From Felis catus (taxonomy: Eukaryota): a stretch of 64,000 bases of DNA. The position numbers and the translations under genes are program-made. Shown here in pieces: positions 62,626 to 64,000 of the stretch. Numbering within the stretch: position 1 is the stretch's first letter; each line of letters opens with the position of its first letter. Under the pieces are notes generated by a model, which had not been told where the DNA came from, ran no database searches, and saw only the letters and a list, made by a program, of their open reading frames with translations. Location of the stretch: positions 219,110,001 to 219,174,000 of the forward strand of contig NC_058368.1 of the NCBI RefSeq assembly GCF_018350175.1, in the 5' to 3' direction.

Positions 62626-64000
62626 GTGTTTCAACATTTTAAACTTCATTTAGAGAAATAGGAGGAATGTGATTAATTATACTCCAGGCATGTTAGACTC
62701 ATTTGTTCAGATTACGCACTGCAGTTACTTGTGTTCTAATGGATTTTACCCATTGGGCAGGTTCCCAGGCAAGACTGGTTTAGTTTTCTCCTGTATCTCT
62801 CATGACGAAAAGGGTATTTGGTTGATAACAGGCACTCACTACATGTGTTTTGAGTGACATGAATATGATATAGATAGATAGGTCTGTCCAAGCCACTAAA
62901 CTAGTTACCCTGTGAACAACAACAACAAAAGGATAAAAGGGTTTAAAAATGATAAGAGTCAGAAGTGGTAGAGTCAAAAGTGCACAAGTTTTAGTAAGCT
63001 GGATGTTATTTTGATACAACTGCATTAATTTATTGGCTATATGATCACGGATGACATTGTTATCCTGTTTCACTACAGTGTGTTTATTAGATAATAGCAA
63101 CATTATCAAATGTTATGTCGAAGGCTTTTGATATTTAGAAGTTTTTGATAACATTGTAAAATAATAGTTAAATATGGTTTATTATCCTCAATTTTTTACT
63201 CTAAAATAATTACTGTAAGCAAGATTATACTGATTTATGTTCGGGTAATATATAATTATTTGGGAAAGATACTGAATAGAGATATTAGGAGTTGTAATCA
63301 TTTGAAACTCTTCCTGTTTTCAATCCTATTAGTACTTTAGTTTCTGTTGTTATTAAAAAAAAAAAAAAAACTGACATTTTTTCCCTACCATGAATTCCTT
63401 TTCATACCTCCAGAACATTTTCAAGGATTATTTTGACTATCATATCTCTGCTAAGCCAATAATAGGGTCATTCACTCTGTGTTCTTTTAGTGTCTTTTAT
63501 ATATTCCTGATATGAAACACATTTTAATGCATTGTACTTGTGTATATTTGACTAAACTGAGACCTTCTTCATGTAGGAAATATGACTATTTTGTTGTTTC
63601 TTGGAGGCCTATCATCTGTGTCTGGTGTATAATACATCCTCGATATTCAATTTTTGATTGGTTGGCTGGCTGGCTGACTGAAGCCATTTTTCTCAATTTT
63701 TGTTCAAAGTGAATAAAACATGAGGAATTAAGAGAAACTTTTAAGATAAATAAAAACAAAATTATTTTAGCCACTTCCAAAAATAACAATTTTGGCAAAG
63801 ATTAATAGGTTGGAATAATAGGCTTTGGTTGACTTGAAATGCCCAGAATATACCGAAAATACTTCACTGTTGTCACTCAAAATTATCCTTATTTGTTTAT
63901 TGTTAATGGACTGACAGATACAAAGGAGAAAATGCACACACACACCCCACACACACTTAGAATGTCTCTCTGTGCCACTGTTTGACAAAATAAAATGTGT

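Noticed and set aside
1..64000. CRISPR arrays, operons or other prokaryotic/viral systems
   Set aside because: The sequence is mammalian; there are no regularly spaced repeats, no long intact ORFs and no recognisable non-retroviral viral insert.

Overview
AT-rich, repeat-dense mammalian DNA, almost certainly from a felid (cat family): it carries about 17 tRNA-derived CAN-SINEs of the SINEC_Fc type and carnivore-type L1 3' ends. I find no recognisable host protein-coding gene, RNA gene or CpG island, so it reads as intergenic or deep intronic. The listed ORFs are SINE, microsatellite, L1 or chance frames. The content is a layered transposon record: SINEs with target-site duplications, a ~4.1-kb decayed 5'-truncated L1, older L1M/L2/MIR, MaLR/ERVL/ERV1 LTRs, a probable ERVL provirus relic, and two Tigger-type DNA transposons. 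The most unusual structure is a local rearrangement cluster at ~49.1-53.05 kb. It has a 293-bp inverted repeat with a 212-bp perfectly identical core, and a deletion-riddled 179-bp copy of nearby sequence inserted between (TA)n tracts. Also notable are a close inverted pair of very young SINEs (14.9-15.7 kb), a CpG-retaining, partly palindromic non-repeat block (~10.9-11.3 kb) that may be a conserved element, and repair scars inside the L1. I found no evidence for a new biological system. Repeat subfamily names come from my recall of consensus sequences and need RepeatMasker/Dfam confirmation.
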